DNA of 63,155 nt, counting the filler, from Conidiobolus incongruus B7586 (taxonomy: Eukaryota): assembly GCA_000697335.1 (NCBI GenBank). It is 24 parts of 24 records of this genome, joined end to end, with 100 filler letters (N's around TTAATTAATTAA, not from the genome) between each part and the next. Parts side by side here need not be neighbours in the genome. Positions count along the whole stretch, not along the records: positions 1 to 6,691 come from JNEM01004824.1; positions 6,792 to 8,051 come from JNEM01004843.1; positions 8,152 to 9,939 come from JNEM01004851.1; positions 10,040 to 11,276 come from JNEM01004856.1; positions 11,377 to 12,642 come from JNEM01004863.1; positions 12,743 to 14,082 come from JNEM01004864.1; 18 more parts are not named here. The stretch is one strand, 5' to 3'. Every line of letters starts with the position of its first letter. Positions within the stretch are counted from its first letter, which is position 1. Below, one piece after another: positions 1-13,730 of this stretch. The notes under the pieces are model-generated. The model saw nothing but the letters and a program-made list of their open reading frames with translations, was not told the DNA's origin and did no database searches. Position numbers and translations under genes: made by a program.

Positions 1-1877
1 TATATTTATAATTTAGAAAATATTTAAAATAAAAATTGATTATATTTTTGATAGAGTAAATTCAAATAAAAAATTATATTATTTAAGTAATTATATATTA
101 AATACTAGAAAACAATTAAAATATTCTTTTTGAAAATATATATAGTTGAATATTTATAATATATATTATAAAATTAAAAGCTTATATTTAAATAACTATT
201 ATTTAATTATATATTATAAATTTAAAATCAAATATTTAAAATATTTTTTTAAAACTATTACTAATCAAAAGCAATAGTTTCAAATGGTTGAGTATTTATA
301 TTATATCATCTGAATAACTATAGTAAAAATATTTATATATTATACTCAAATAATTTAATAAATTAAAGTGAAATTTTTAGCAAATTAATTTATTTGTTAA
401 ATAATGTGAAAAATAGTTTAATTTTTTCCGTTTATACATGTGATTTCAAGCTAGAAATTTTTTTTCTATTGCAAGTAAAATCACTTTAAAAATTTAATTT
501 AATTAGTTAAAATATCTCATATTTGAATTTCTATTTATTTCAAAATTTGAAATAAATATTATATTCTATCTCATGTATTTAGTGTCAACAGATATCATAT
601 TTCAATATCTGAATATCATTAGAAATTGTTAATTATGAGTGAAATATTTTAAATTTAATTATATTTACTAATTAAGTTTATGCCAGATTTAACTAATTCA
701 GGTTAATCTGTATCAAACATTTTCGTATTTTCAGATTTATTCATTTTGAGAGTTTATAAATAATAAATTCAACAATATATATCAAATTAAGGCATTATCA
801 TGTAGATTGATATAATAGTTATAATTAAATTTGACATCCTAATATTGTATTTTATTATTACTATAATATTAATACATTAATGAATATTTTCTCCCTTAAA
901 TATATATATACATTTTAATAATAAGCAGCTTAAAATATAATATGGATAAAAGATATAAATTTGATTAATTTGATATTAATGTCAAATTAATCGAAATTAT
1001 TGAAAGATATTACATAAAATTTTAATGATTGTTGTAGTATTCATTAATTAATAAATATCAAGGTTATTTTACTCGCATTCAGATTTTGAATTAATAAATA
1101 AATATATTAATTTGAAATATATGTAATTTAAAGTTTAAATAATCATTTAATATTGATATCAATAGAATTTATCATTAATATAAATTATTAATATAGCTAG
1201 ACTCCACTTTAATATATAGAAATATTAGTGTCAAATAACTTGATTAGCTTTTAATAAATAATCTCTCTAAACTAATATCGTTTTAATGAGTTATATCTAT
1301 TCCAACTAGTGTATTATCCTAGAACCTTTATTCAATAGTAAAAATTACTCAAACATAATTCAAATCTAGTCATTTTAAGTATTCGCATTGTAAATAATGA
1401 GAAAGTTGAATAAATTTAATTAATGTATTCGAATTTTTCATTTTTTAGCTGTTTTCCAATTATAACGAATTAAAATAAAAATATTAATATAAATATTTTT
1501 TAATCATATTAATTATATATGAAATCTATACACAACTTCAAAAATTATGACTTTGCAATCTGAAATTTAAAAACAACACAAAGTTTTATATTTCATTATA
1601 TACACTTTAAAAATCTAATTTTTAAATAAAATTTTATTAATAGAATAATATTGAATAAAATTTTACTTAGTCAATAAAAAAAGAGTGGACAATTTTAAAT
1701 GAATGTGAAAAGAATTGATAAATTAACCGAGTCTTGTGAATTTAGTGAACTGGAGCGATCCAACCAACCGGAACATGTTAAATCAATATTTTGATAATTT
1801 ATTATTTTTATAATTAATTGAGTGTTAGCGAATAAAGATGTTAGTCAATTTGTTGTCAGAATTGTACCTGAAACTGA

Positions 1878-3819
1878 TTAGTATCCAACGGTAGGGAACT
1901 TGCTAGAGAAGTCGGCGACTTCCTTCTTAAGCTGCTTGAGATCGATGTGGCTGGAGTGGACACGGTTCAAGTGGGCCTTGAAGTCCTTGAGTTTGGTGGA
2001 GGTAACTTCCTTCTTCAAATTAATAGTGATTTGAACGGCACGGTCGAGGAATTCAGCAACTTGATCGAAGTCTTCTTTACCGAAACCTCTAGAGGTCATG
2101 GCGGGGGTACCAACTCTTAAACCAGAGGGAATCAAGGCACTCTTGTCACCAGGAACGGTGTTCTTGTTAGCGGCAATGTTGACGAGTTCTAAGACACTTT
2201 CAACACGAGCACCATCAATACCTTTAGATCTTAAATCAATCAATAACAAATGAGTATCAGTACCACCAGAGACTAAGTCGTAACCTAAAGACTTGAGCTT
2301 TTCACCGAAATGCTTGCTATTTTCAATGACGTTCTTTTGGTATTCACGGAAAAGATCAGAGTTGGCTTGCTTCAATGCGACAGCAAGAGCAGAGATGGTG
2401 TGGTTGTGGGGACCACCTTGGTGACCAGGAAAGACGGAGAAGTTGATGGGATTTTCGAGATCGTAGTAGATTTTGTTACCCTTCTTATCGACAGAGCGGA
2501 CACCTTTTCTGAAGAAGATCAAGGAACCTCTGGGACCTCTCAAGGATTTGTGGGTAGTGGTGGTGACAATATCAGCATATTCGAAAGGAGTGGGGATGAG
2601 TTTGGCAGCAATCAAACCTAATTATTAAATTTTCAATAAATATGTAATAATGAATGTTTGTTATAATAAATATACTTACCACTAATGTGAGCCATATCAA
2701 CCATCAAATAAGCACCAACGCTATCAGCAATCTAAATTCAGTTGATTAATATTATTATTATTTATATCAGTGAATAATTAACTTACTTCACGGAATCTCT
2801 TGTAATCAATTAATCTGGAGTAGGCGGAAGCACCAGCAACGATGACCTTGGGACGATATAACTTGGCATTCTTTTCCAAGGTATCGTAATCAATCAAACC
2901 GGTTTCTTCATTTAATCTGTAGGGTAAAGTTTCAAAGTAGGCAGAGACAGCAGAAATCTTCTTGGAATCAGTTTGGTAACCGTGGGACAAGCTAATTAAT
3001 GGGAAGTTGAATTAATACTGTTTGATTAATATTATATTTAACATGATTACTGTCCACCGTGGGGCAAGTCCAAGCCCATTAATCTTTCATGGGGCTTCAT
3101 GATACCGTAGTAAACATAAAGATTGGCAGGAGCACCTGAATCAATGATGTCAACAAACTACAATGGATTATATACATGAGTTAATAATATTACCAGATAA
3201 AGCTTGAACGTTGACACCCCATTCGTCTTCATCCAACCCGAATAATTCCAAGGCTCTTTCTTGACACAAAGTTTCACTTTGGTCAATGAATTGATTACCA
3301 CCATAATATCTATTCATGTAAGATCTTTTTCAATGCTTTTGCCTATAGTTTTATTAGCAATAGAATTTACCTGGCACCAGGGTAACCTTCAGAGTATTTA
3401 TTTTGCATAACAGAGCCTAAGGCATCCATAACACCACGGGAGGTGAAGTTCTAAAAAACAATATAAGTATGTATGTACTATCAAAAGTATACAAGCATTT
3501 ACTTCAGAGGGAATAAGATCAATACTCTCCTTTTGACGTCTCTTTTCATTTTCGATAATATTGTAGAGTTGAGGATCTGTTTCTTTAAGGGGAGCGTTCA
3601 AAGCCTGATCAAAGGAAAGTTAATTTGAGAATTTAATATAGAATATAAGCTCTTACTTTTGCTTGTTCGGCAGCAAAGTTGGAAACGCTTCTGAAAGACT
3701 AAAAAATTATTAATAAAAGGATAATATATATTATTATAATAATGTATTACGTTTCTAGCAATGGATTTATTATTTAAAACAGCTTGTTGAAGTAAGCGTT
3801 TTGAGGTTATGGACAACAT
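1878..3819 (-). CDS. SHM1: Serine hydroxymethyltransferase, probably mitochondrial (496 aa, 9 exons)
   Basis: Exons: 3819-3751, 3698-3657, 3604-3503, 3450-3371, 3309-3194, 3135-3051, 2991-2787, 2731-2680, 2617-1878 (1491 nt, in frame). All 8 introns are GT-AG, 52-62 nt. Motifs: [47 protein letters not shown]-lysine [22 protein letters not shown]. The basic, acid-free N-terminus ([27 protein letters not shown]) resembles a mitochondrial presequence. Confidence 0.97.
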
Positions 3820-6318
3820 TATGGCAAATTTAAGTAAAAGAGAGAGACTAACGATTAGATCTTAAACACTAGAGAGCCGTTGAGTTTATAAATCCTAGAT
3901 GACCCGAGAACACTTGATCGTATATGGGAATGGTTGTCCAATGAAACAACACTCTCCCATGAACTCCCGATGTTGGCCAAAATGTCAGTATTTGGTACTC
4001 AATTTGCGACTCGCTACTAAAAGAGGTGAAATCAAATTCAACTCTTAGTCCATTTCATGGCGCAATTCCCACTAAACTACTCTATTTGGGACTGAAATCT
4101 TCAATTTTCTCAAATCATCAATCCAGTATTCTCCTAATGGTAATATTTTCATTGCGTATAACATTGTGATTCATTTTATTTTAATTGGTATTAATGGCTT
4201 AATTGCTTCATTATTTGGTGGATTAGAGCTATAAAGATCACTTGATACAACAATGCAGTGTCATACGTTAAAATTGTATTAGCATATCAGTTGACTTCAA
4301 TCATATCATTATCTAGTTGGACATTTTCTTAATATCAATCACATGACTCGAGTTCCCACAAGAACAAGTCTTTATAGGACAAACAAGAAGGTTTAAATTA
4401 TAATTTTGATCTCAAAAAAATAAAAATCAAGATTTTTTTATATCCTTAAAAATAATAAATAAAATAAAGCTAATTCATGATTAATCATTTCCATATTCTA
4501 AATATTAATATCTTTTTAATAATTTATTTTAATAATAATTTAAATTTATTATTATCATATTCTAAATCAACAATAAAATTATCCTAAAACAGACAAGTTT
4601 AAGAACTGTTTTGAATTCAACTATTGATTTTTGTAACTTTATTTATAATTATGATGAAGTTGCTCTGGCTCTACCGCTTAAACCAATCATTTTCATATTT
4701 ATTAGTTAATATAATTTTAAGGTTGATTGCAATTAATGATTATTGATAACTTGATACTTAATTAAAATTAGTATTAGATATTATGAAATAATGTATTTGA
4801 TTATATCGAATGATATACTATAACATTATAATTTCAATTTTAATAAATCAATATTATCTTTTAATTTTTTTAAGAAAATATTATTATAAATATTTGAGAA
4901 TTTTGAAAATTAAAAAATATCTTGCAATAAAAATATAATTTAAAATAATATTATTTTACATCTAAATCAGAATTTTTAATCACATTTTTAACCCATTAAA
5001 TAAGGTAATGTGATTTTATTGGGATTAAAAGATACAAATTCTAAGTCACATTATGATTTCATTTTGATTAATGTATTGAAGTTATGATCTAATAAATTGT
5101 CCACAGTATTCGCACTTGATTAAACAAATTTATTTTCTCAGTAATCATCAATCGATTTTTATTATCTACCTTTGATTATTTAATCATTTGTTTTTTGTCT
5201 TATACATAAGTGAATTTGTCTTCAAAAAATCTCATAAATAAATTCTATATTTATTAAACATATTTTATACGAATATATTAACATTTTATTATTATCCTTT
5301 AAAATAAAAATCAGTATTCAAATGATTTTGAAAGTAGTATTGTCAAAACATAACTCAGAAATAATCTTATCATACAAAGGCAAATGTTGTTGCATTGATA
5401 TTATAGCTCCAAAATTCGATGATTAAATTTAATTAGCTCATGTACATTAACAAAATATAGTATACTTCTATTAATAATTGATTACTAAATACATATTTGA
5501 GAATGGTAATTATTAAATACCTTATTATTGGCAATTGATTACTTAATAGTGAAAATAGTTAAAAATTTTAATAATAGTAAGAATATATAATATTAATGCT
5601 TGAATATTGTTAATACCTTATATATCCGGTAATTGGATTTAAATATTTGGAAAATGTAGAAAAATTAAATAAATTTCTGGAAATACCATGATATTTGAAA
5701 CTCTCGTTAAAGCATGCTTATAGTAATCAATTGTTAAATTTTATAATGATAATATTCTATTAAAATAACTGAAATAATATTAAATATTGAGTTCAGGGTA
5801 TATCTTCTTATAATAATTTGGTATATAATTTTTTTTTGTTTTACTATTCTATTGAGATCTATTCAAAAATTGATTTTAAATAATTGTATATATTATACAA
5901 TATATATGATTCATCCGTTAAATTACTATGTTTGTATAACTATATATTATATTTGATTGTATAGTAGAGATTAAATCTCAGTTTCGAATAAAATTATATA
6001 TTTTATTAAAGCAGCATCGAAACATATTTTAATATATTTAGTACAATAATTAACGGATCATTTAATCATATTTGATAAATATGAATTAACAAATTGATTT
6101 TATAATTAACTATTGTTTGTTCAACAAATAAATCAAAGAGAACATATTCCCTATTATTTCAATAGTTTAATTTAACCACTTTGTTAATATTATAATATTA
6201 AATTAATTGAATTAATTGAAATTTCTATTTTAAATTATTAACTCTAACTAATTTATATAAAATAAATAATAAAATTTATTTTTATTATATAATATAAATA
6301 TACACTCTAATCAATATA

Positions 6319-6460
6319 TACTAGCTTGTAAATTAAGTTATAAAATTAAGATTACTTAGATTTTTATTAAGTTTAATCAACCCTTGATTTAATTATTGAA
6401 ATTAGATTATATATTCAAATTATATTATTTGACTATAATTAACTATATTTTATCAAAATA
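6319..6460 (+). mobile_element. Left-end fragment of Tc1 family A
   Basis: TA|TACTAGCTTGTAAATTAAGTTATAAAAT matches the family terminus CACTGGCTTGCAAAAATAAGTCATAAAAT. Similarity to 41452 onward continues for about 140 nt. Confidence 0.65.
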
Positions 6461-6791
6461 TAAAGTTTAATCAAAATAAATTAATAATTGAAACCTTTTT
6501 AATTAAACAGACATATAGAACAAGATTATTTTAATTTTTATTTTGTATTTTATAAATTAATTTATTTTATTCTTAAGTAACCTTTATTAATATATTTATT
6601 TTCAGACTTGATTATTAAATAATTTTTTTATCAAATGTTCTTAAAAAAAATTTATTTATTACTTATATTTATTAACTTATTAAAATTTAAANNNNNNNNN
6701 NNNNNNNNNNNNNNNNNNNNNNNNNNNNNNNNNNNTTAATTAATTAANNNNNNNNNNNNNNNNNNNNNNNNNNNNNNNNNNNNNNNNNNNN

Positions 6792-8051
6792 ATTTAATTA
6801 TTAGATTATTTTTTTAATAATAAAAGATAGTTTTAAAATAATAAAACAAAGATAATATAATTCAAATAATTAAAATAAATTAAAAAAATAATAGTTATAT
6901 CTATAAAATAACTAGTTAAAACAAACAAATAAAATAATAATTAAAAATAAGAAACTATAAGGTAAATTAATTACTAGAATATTTTTAGTTTCTAGTAGTT
7001 TAATAAGTTAAATCTTTTTAATATATATAGTTTAATTTTTATGATTATTAGTTTAATAAGACTTTTGTGGATTAAATTAAAATTTATTAAATATTTATAA
7101 AAAAGGTGATTTTAAGATAATATTAATATTATTCAAATTTAATTTTATAATTAGTAGATTAAGATTATTATAAATTAAATTGATATTATTTCTTAAAGGA
7201 AAATTTATTAATTTTATAATTAATTTAAGTTTTTTAATAATAATAGCAATTTTTATTTACTTTTAAATAAGCTTTAACTTCTTTAATAAGTATTTTTTTA
7301 TATAGTTTTAAAATAGAAACATTTATTATTTAAGATATAAGTAAGTTAAAATAAGTTTTAAAAAATTAATTCTTTAGGTGAAAAGATTTAGTTTTAGAAT
7401 AATAGATATTAATAATCATAATTGCTATATTATAAATATTCAAAAAATATATTATTAAATTATTCTTTATTAATTAACTAGAATTTTATTTGAAGATTAA
7501 AATATTATAATAATTTGTGGATCTATTTTTCTTTATTAATATTTAATATATTTAAGTATATCTTATCAAATTTTTCAATTAATTACCTTATAAAAGTTTT
7601 TTATTTAAGTTAAGAAAATATTTCTTTTGTTAATTAAATTTAATCTTTTAAGTAAAATTTTTTAAAGGTTTTTTTAAAATTATTTTAAAGTTTATACTTT
7701 TATAATAAGTTATCCTGTTAAAGATTCTTTAAGATTAAACTTATAATGAATTAATTATTAAATATAAGGAGTTTTTTCTAAAAAAGAAATAGTTAATTTA
7801 ATGATATTTTTTAAATCTTCATTAAAAATTAAATTAAAATAATTTTTTATATTTTGAAGGTAATTTTTAAACTTGTAAAGGATTTTAAAACTATTTTAAA
7901 TAATTAATTTATCTTTAAAAATACTAAAGAGGTAATTTAATATATTAATAATAATGAAATAATTAGTTTATTAGATTTATACTTTTTAAGTTATGTTTTT
8001 CATAATTAAAAATTGTTTAATATAAGTTTCTTAAAGGATACTAAGCTTTTA
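6792..8051 (-). mobile_element. Degenerate gag-region fragment of the same Ty3/gypsy family as 32265-37964
   Basis: Its reverse complement is collinear with about 32930-34130 (for example 6970-7040 matches 33870-33950). Bounded by gaps on both sides. Confidence 0.85.
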
Positions 8052-8151
8052 NNNNNNNNNNNNNNNNNNNNNNNNNNNNNNNNNNNNNNNNNNNNTTAAT
8101 TAATTAANNNNNNNNNNNNNNNNNNNNNNNNNNNNNNNNNNNNNNNNNNNN

Positions 8152-9814
8152 AAGTTAAGTAAGAAAAAATAAAGATGTTTATTTAAATTATCTTTAAAGA
8201 TTTATAAAGAATATAATTTATTTTTATTAAGATTTAATAAATAAGAGTTTAAATAAATATTACTTTTTTTCTCTAATGAATTTTAAATTAAATTTTAATT
8301 ATTTTAATATAATTTCAAGAGTTGATTATAAAGAATCTTTAACAAAGATTATTCTTTATTATTTTAATTAAATTAAATTAAATTTAAACAAGATTAATTA
8401 TTAATCCCTTAATTATTTTCTCTATTGTTCACTTGAATATTATTGTTTAAAATTATATCACTAGGGTTTTTGCTATTAAATAACTTCTTAACATATTTAT
8501 TCTATTAATAATCTATATTAATTTATTTATAATAAAAATATCTTTTTTTTTCTCAAATATAATTTTTTTTAAATAGATGCTTTTTTTCTGTATTACAGAA
8601 ATATCTATAATATTAAGATTAAACAATTTAAATAAAAAACTACTAAAGTTTATATAGAGACTTGTATTTATTCTTTTAATATAATTCTAATCATCATTTA
8701 TTTTAATGATTATTTTAATTAAAGTAACAAAACTAGTTATTCTTATTTTAATATTAGAGTAGATAATTATAAAAATATTAAACTTGAGTCTTCTCTTAAA
8801 CTTATTTTTTTTATCTTTAGATAAGTTAAGAATCTTTAATTTAAGTTAAATAAATTCTTTTATGAAATTTCTAATTAAAAATTTCTAAATAATCTTTATT
8901 AACTTATTTTAAGCTAGAGTAATTATATTTAATAAGTAAAACCTCTATTTAATTAATTATTTAAATTACTTAAATATTTAGATATTATTAAGATAAAAAA
9001 CTACTAATAAGATTAAATATGTTTTTTAAGTATTTATATCACTAGAGTTTAATATAAGAGGTTAATTTAAAAGCTAAAATTTTTACTAAATTATTTAGAT
9101 TTGAAGTTTTGATTTCTTGAAAGAATTTAATTAGTTTATCTAAAAACTTTTCTAGTCTTTTAAAAGATTTTAAGTTGTTATAAATAGTTAAATTATTTAC
9201 AAAGAACTTAACTTTATTAAAATTTCTTAAAATAAATAATAAAGCCTTATGACTAATTACTATAATTATCATTTGTTACATATAATTAATCTACTAAATT
9301 TATTTTAGTTTTAATCTATACTTGGTAAAAATACAATTAATATTAATGAAATCTTATTAATTAATTGAATAATAGTTATTGTTATTAAATCTTAAATATT
9401 TATCTTATTTTAATCATATATAGAATAATAAGTTTTATTTGTAAAATCTTTAATTATAATGGTAAAAATACTTTTCAAACTTCTTAATTGCTATTATTAT
9501 ATAAGTAAATAATAATAGTTAAGGATAAAAAAAACAAATCTTTTAATATTTTAAAAAATATTTGATAACTAAATTTTATAATATTAAAATATTAACTAAT
9601 AATAATAAAATATATTAATAATTAAGCAAAAAAGTTTATTTATATCTTTTTATAATATTAGAGAAAGAAAGAAAAATATATAGGCATAAGTATATATAGG
9701 TAAATAATAGTAAGGTTACTTAAATATATATTTATAGATATTATAAGATTTAATTTAAATAATTAAATCTTTAGTAATAAATTGAAATAAAAGGAAAATA
9801 TTAATTAGGTAACA
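8152..9814 (-). mobile_element. 5' part of a second LTR retrotransposon: putative LTR 9814-9274 plus degenerate gag
   Basis: A 541-nt segment is bounded on the minus strand by TGTTAC...GTAACA. It is followed by AATGATAA (possibly a mutated TGG PBS) and a residual ORF 9272-9042 (…KFFQEI…LVKILAFKLTSYIKL*) resembling a gag N-terminus. No second LTR is visible. Confidence 0.5.
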
Positions 9815-10039
9815 ATTGTTATAATATTTATATTAAATATATTGATATAATTTTGAACTTATTTAAAACTATTATTTAAATATTATGATATTAATTATTT
9901 TATTTCAAATTAAAATTATATAATATATATAATAAATTTNNNNNNNNNNNNNNNNNNNNNNNNNNNNNNNNNNNNNNNNNNNNTTAATTAATTAANNNNN
10001 NNNNNNNNNNNNNNNNNNNNNNNNNNNNNNNNNNNNNNN

Positions 10040-11184
10040 AATTTATTATAGCTAAGGTTATTAAAAATAATGCTAAAAAAACTTATAAACTAAAACTTAA
10101 ATATATTAAAAATACAAATAAATATAATAAAAAATATATTTATATATTAGATAATATAGATAAGTATAATATTGTTATAAAAGTATAACAAAAATTATAA
10201 AATTATACAGGAATATTAATTAATATTAATACTATTATATATGTTTTATATTAGAATAGATATTGCTTATATTGTAAGAAAAAAGACCCTTAATTAAAAA
10301 AGTCCCACCATAAAGTTAAATAAGAGTATAAATGCTAATACTTAAATTAAACTGAAAATAACTAGAGTAAAGTTTTTTAATTTAATAAAACAAAGATATA
10401 TTTTAATAAATTAAATAGAAAAGCTAGAGGTTTAACAAAAGATAAAAAACTACTTTTTGACAAATATATTATTATAACCTTAAAATACAATATTAGGTTA
10501 ATTATAGTTTAGGGATATATATTATCTTCAAGTGTAAAGTATCTTTATAAAGTTAATGGGGGAATTAATATTAAGATATACTAAACTATTTCAAATAATA
10601 AATTGAAGAAAATTATTAAATAATATAAGTTAAATCAATTAAATATTATTTTCTAACAAGATAATACCATATATCATAATATAAATTCTACTATTAAATA
10701 GCTTAAAAATAACAAAATAACTATTATAAAATTACCTCCTCAATCTCTTAATCTTAACCTAATTAAATATCTTTAGTATTATTTAAAAAATTAACTAATG
10801 TTTTCCCTCTAATAAAAATTTTAGATTTATATTAAGAGTATATTTAAAAAACTTAGAATAATATTAATTTTGCTTAATATAAAAAGCTAGTTGACTTTAT
10901 AACCCATAAACTTAAAAAAGTTAGAAAAGCAAAAAATAGATATATTAGTTATTAATTTTTCTATTAATACCAAAACCTACAAATTTATAACTTATTTTTA
11001 GTATATTTTTATTTTTAATATATCAATTAATTTTTAATTAAATTTAACTCTATATATTATATTATAAATAAAAATTTATATTAATTACATAGTTTAATAT
11101 AAATATATTTAAATTCAAATTAATTAAGATATTAATAGAAATATTTATATTTTTAATTTTATAACTTATTTTTTTAGGCTAGTA
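10040..11184 (+). mobile_element. Tc1 family A (DD34E), degenerate, 5' end lost in gap
   Basis: Remnants of IFQQDN (TTC TAA CAA GAT AAT) and PPQSPDLNPIE (CCT CCT CAA TCT CTT AAT CTT AAC CTA ATT AAA). The right TIR ends …TAGGCTAGTA|TA. Confidence 0.9.
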
Positions 11185-11376
11185 TATATATATATATATA
11201 ATAAAAATATTGATTATATTTAAATATTATTTAATATATGATAAATTATTTCCTTAATATTATATATTATATTATANNNNNNNNNNNNNNNNNNNNNNNN
11301 NNNNNNNNNNNNNNNNNNNNTTAATTAATTAANNNNNNNNNNNNNNNNNNNNNNNNNNNNNNNNNNNNNNNNNNNN

Positions 11377-12642
11377 TAAAGGGGTATAAATAATAAAATT
11401 TATATATATCTCTTTTTTCTTTTATTATTTTATATATATTATAAAATTATAAAGTTAATATTTTAAATTTAATATTATAATATTTAAATCTCTATCTAAA
11501 AAAGTTTATTAATATATTAATCAACTTTATAATAAAATTAAATTAACTTATAAGATTGTTAGAATTATTAATATTAGCTAATTTATTATAGCTAGGGTTA
11601 TTAAGAATAATTCTCAAATAATATTTTAAATTAAAACTTAAGTATATTAAGATTATAGATAAATATGATAAAAAGTATATTTATAGATTGGTTAATATAA
11701 GTAAATATAATAATATTATAAAAGTATAACAAGAATAACAAGACTATATAAGAATATTAATTAGTATTAATAACATTATATATATTTTATATTAAAATAG
11801 ATATCACTTATATTATAAAAAAAATACCCTTAACTAAAAAAATCTACTTATAAAATTAGGTAAGAGTTTAAGTATTAATATTAAAGTTGAACCAAAATTA
11901 ACTAGAGTAAAATTATTTAGTTTAATGAAATAAAGATATATTTTAATAAATTTAATAAAAGAATTAAATATTTTAAAAAAGATAAAAAATTATTTTATAA
12001 TTATTATGTTAATATAGCCCAAAAATACAATAGTGGGTTAATTATAGTTTAAGGATATATATTATCTTTAAGTGTAAGATATCTTTATAGGATTGATAGG
12101 GGAATTAATATTAAGATATATCATGGTATTTTAAATAATAAATTGAAAAAAACTATTGAATAATATAGGTTAAATAAATTAAATATTATTTTTTAACAAG
12201 ATAATACCTCTTGTTATATTATAAATTCTATTATTAAATAGCTTAAAAATAACAAAATTATTATTATAGAATAACCTCCTTAATCTTTTAATTTTAACCT
12301 TATTTAATTTCTTTAAGGTTAATTAAAAATATTAATTAAAACTTTCCCCCTAATAAAAAATTTAAATTAATTTTAAAAGTATATTCAAGAAGCTTAAAAT
12401 AATAATAATCTTGTTTAATATAAGAAAATAGTTAACTCTATACCTTATAAACTTAAAAAAGTTAGAAAAACAAAAGATAGATATATTAGATATTAATTTT
12501 TCTATTTATATTAAAACCCACAAATTTATAACTCATCTTAAATATAGTTTTAGTTTTAATATATCAATTAATAATTAGTTAAATTTAACTCTATATATTA
12601 TATTATAAGTAAAAAATATAAATTAAATATATTTTAATATAA
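11377..12642 (+). mobile_element. Tc1 family A (DD34E), degenerate, both ends lost in gaps
   Basis: Whole transposase relic. There are 34 codons between the GAT of QDN (about 12200) and the position of the catalytic Glu. Confidence 0.9.
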
Positions 12643-12742
12643 NNNNNNNNNNNNNNNNNNNNNNNNNNNNNNNNNNNNNNNNNNNNTTAATTAATTAANN
12701 NNNNNNNNNNNNNNNNNNNNNNNNNNNNNNNNNNNNNNNNNN

Positions 12743-13730
12743 CACTAGATTTATAATTTTAAAACAAAAAAAACTATTTAGAATATATTAAAATTTAAAA
12801 AATTAATTTCTATTATTATTTTTCACTTATAAATAAAATAAAAGGATATATTTAGAAATTTTTTTTTTCTATTAGAGAATTATTAAGGACTTTAATATTA
12901 ATCAAATAAATATATTATATTTATTTAAGTTTATATTTAATTTAATTTATAAAAATACAAAATAGATTTCTTATAGTTTAATAAAAGCCTAAAAGAAAAT
13001 CAGTATAACTATAGCTATACTAAACTTATTAAGTTATAATCAATAACAAAGTTTTTTATAATAAATACTTATAAATAATAAATCTTAGATTTCTTTATAT
13101 AATCTTTTAATTAAATATAAAACAAGATATTAAGTTAATTTAAATCAATCCCCTTTATAAATTCCAATGATTAAATATTTTAAATATAAAAAAAGATTAG
13201 TTATTGTAATAAATTATAATAGTATATAGTCTTTTTATTTAATATCTCAAAAAAAACCAATTAATAATAAATTATATATTATTTTTTTAAATAAAACAAT
13301 TTCTAAATGATATTTTTAATATTAATTATAGATATCTATTATTTTGTATAATAATAATAAAATATATAAAATTAAAGCTATAAAAATTTTTTATATAAAA
13401 AAAGAGAATTATCATATTTAGTGTATATATTGGATTATAGCCTATATAATTATATTAATTATTTATTATTAAAAAAATAGCTTATAGGAATAAAAATTCC
13501 TATAACCAAATTAAATTAATTAGTAAAATATTAAATTTCTGTCTTGAATAAAAAAAATATTTTTTAGATATTAAAAACTTATCTAAAGTATAGAAAAAAG
13601 TTATTAATAATAAAGAGGCTATTAATTTTATATTATGTAGTAATTTTTTTCTACTATTTATCAATTTATTTATTTAATTTTGATTTCAAAATTATATCAA
13701 TATTTAATTTCTATATTAATATTATTATTT
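12743..13730 (+). mobile_element. Mariner family B (DD34D), degenerate, partial
   Basis: Collinear with the copies at 43018-44185 and 50773-52110. The end coordinate is approximate. Confidence 0.8.

Noticed and set aside
2310..2621. 103-aa plus-strand ORF
   Set aside because: Antisense shadow of the codon-biased SHMT last exon.
4344..4349. TGACTC (Gcn4/Bas1-type site) upstream of SHMT
   Set aside because: A single hexamer about 525 nt upstream, not distinguishable from chance.
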